A DNA stretch of 63,896 nucleotides, counting the filler, from Folioceros fuciformis (lineage: Eukaryota), in NCBI GenBank assembly GCA_049999805.1. It is 5 parts of 4 records of this genome, joined end to end, with 100 filler letters (N's around TTAATTAATTAA, not from the genome) between each part and the next. Parts side by side here need not be neighbours in the genome. Positions count along the whole stretch, not along the records: positions 62,162 to 63,896 come from JBNGIO010006414.1; 4 more parts are not named here. The stretch is one strand, 5' to 3'. The notes under the pieces were generated by a model, which made no database searches, had not been told where the DNA came from, and saw nothing but the letters and a program-made list of their open reading frames with translations. Shown here in pieces: positions 62,162-63,896 of this stretch (positions are counted from its first letter, which is position 1; every line of letters starts with the position of its first letter). Position numbers and translations under genes: made by a program.

Positions 62162-63896
62162 GCAGGACCTGAATACCCAAGCAAAACTGCAGGTCACCTT
62201 GGTCAGTCATTTCAAATTCAGTACGAAGCATAGCCTTAACCTTGTCGAGCTGGTCGGTACTATTGCTCAAGAGTACACAGTCGTCGACGTAAAGAGCAAG
62301 TATAACAAACAGGGAACCATCAGCAAGGTTAAAGACATTAGTATCCGCAGGAGAATGCAAGAATCCAAGCTTGCGAAGGTACTTCATTATTCGTTTGTAC
62401 CATGCACGAGGAGACTGTTTAAGACCATATATTGTCTTCAACAGCTTACATACTTTCTTTGCAGTTTTAGGACTAATATAGCCCTGTGGTTGCTCCATAT
62501 ACAGGACCTCTTCCAGCTCACCATGTAAGAATGCAGTACAAACATCCATTTGTTGTACTTCGAGGTCATATTCTGCTGCCATAGCCAAAAGGACACGGAT
62601 AGATGGAGGTTTGACAATAGGTGAGAAAGTGTCACCGTAGTCAATTCCAGGAATTTGGAACCCCTAGCAACAAGTCGGGATTTATAACGGGCAATAGTCC
62701 CATCTGCCTGGAGCTTAGTCTTAAAGACCCATTTATAGCTTATGGGTTTTCTGCCCTCGGGCAAGTCCACCAGCTCCCAGGTATGATTTTTAATGAGGGA
62801 GTTATACTCATCGTCAATTGACTTCCTCCAGTGATGACCATCCGGCCCATTGATAGCCTCATCATAAGATTGTGGGTCTGGCCTCACATCAGGCACTGAC
62901 AGGTCCATGAGATGTGCTTGAGCTCCCCGACGATAGTCTATGGACTGATAGGGAGGTTCAGACCATTGCTCACGTGGTCGTCTTTCTCGTACAGGATAAC
63001 GTGGTTCAGGAACATTTTCCGCAGGGACAACCTCCTGAACTCCCACTGCTGGTAAATCATCTTGAGTGTCGTCAGAATCATGTGAGCCTTGCACAGAACC
63101 TGTTGAATCTGATCGTGCGTCCAGGTCATCAATAACACCTTGCTCAACATGAGGGTCAACACCATCGTCATCTGAGATGCTGTCGACATCCAGATCAGGT
63201 AACAGGTCTTCACCATCAGAGTGAGGGTAATTAACAGCTGGCTGAGGAAGAACCTGAACCGGTGGTGCAACTCCAATCACAGGTGGAGGAGGAACATCTG
63301 ATACACCTTTACTCCCACTGTCCTCGTCATTATAAGATTGTTGTTCAGAATCAACCAAAACTGGAATCTTGGTACCGAAGTATGCCTTCAGACACTGACG
63401 AGGTGAAGAGAGCTCATCGAAGGTAACACTCCTGGAGAGGACCACTCTTCGAGTTGCTGGCTCATACAATTTATAAGCTTTTGAGATTTCTGAATATCCG
63501 AGAAATAGCATAGGCCTAGCCCTGTCATCTAACTTGCGACGTTTCTGTTTAGGGACATAGGCATACGCTGTGGAGCCAAACACTCGCATGTGTAGCAAAC
63601 TCGGCTTCTTCTTCCAAAAAGCTTCGTAAGGAGTTTTACGGTAAGTACCCGATTCAAGATGTAAGCAGCTGTTGTAAGGGCTTCTGCCCAATAATGTTTT
63701 GGCAGAGCTGCCCAACCCAACATACTCCTAGTCATACCCATGAGGGTCTGATTTTTCCTTTCAGCCACCCCATTCTGTTGTTGTGTGTAAGGGATTGAGA
63801 GCTGTCTGATTATGCCATGAGCTTCAAAGAGGACATCATACTGGTGTCCTATGAACTCACCTCCATTGTCTGTTCGAAAACATTTCACCAGATTTC
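62162..63896 (-). mobile_element. Second, distinct Ty1/Copia pol fragment (integrase-RT), frameshifted
   Basis: FRTDNGGEF, QQNGVAERKN, KWVFKTK...KSRLVARG, QMDVCTAFLHG, YGLKQSPR, LYVDD; frame changes near 63640 and 62655. Confidence 0.93.

Noticed and set aside
59678-63896. One single or nested Copia element
   Set aside because: The two segments both cover integrase-RT, differ in sequence and are joined by an artificial linker; no LTRs are visible.

Overview
Gene-dense nuclear DNA from a non-seed land plant, most likely a hornwort. This is inferred from short introns, about 50% GC and a DYW:KP-type PPR gene. The window is a concatenation of contigs: four 100-bp gaps carry an artificial TTAATTAATTAA linker, so synteny across them is unproven. 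In order it holds: a cluster of small HMA-domain genes (two intact 133-aa paralogues, decayed copies, and a duplicate of 1-2567 at 11579-14145 that looks exact); a repeat-rich TE-like relic; tRNA-Val(AAC); an NPF/PTR transporter; UVH3/XPG head-to-head with BTAF1/MOT1; core alpha-1,3-fucosyltransferase; a RECQ3 helicase needing 8-nt and 4-nt microexons, head-to-head with CURT1A; an intronless LRR receptor-like protein plus a pseudo-fragment; an intronless SEC23A-type gene; a satellite; a PLS-class PPR gene; and Ty1/Copia pol relics. The PPR gene has a DYW:KP domain ending in an atypical 'DNA' tripeptide and is a candidate U-to-C RNA editor. All calls come from reading the sequence by eye; no database search was run.
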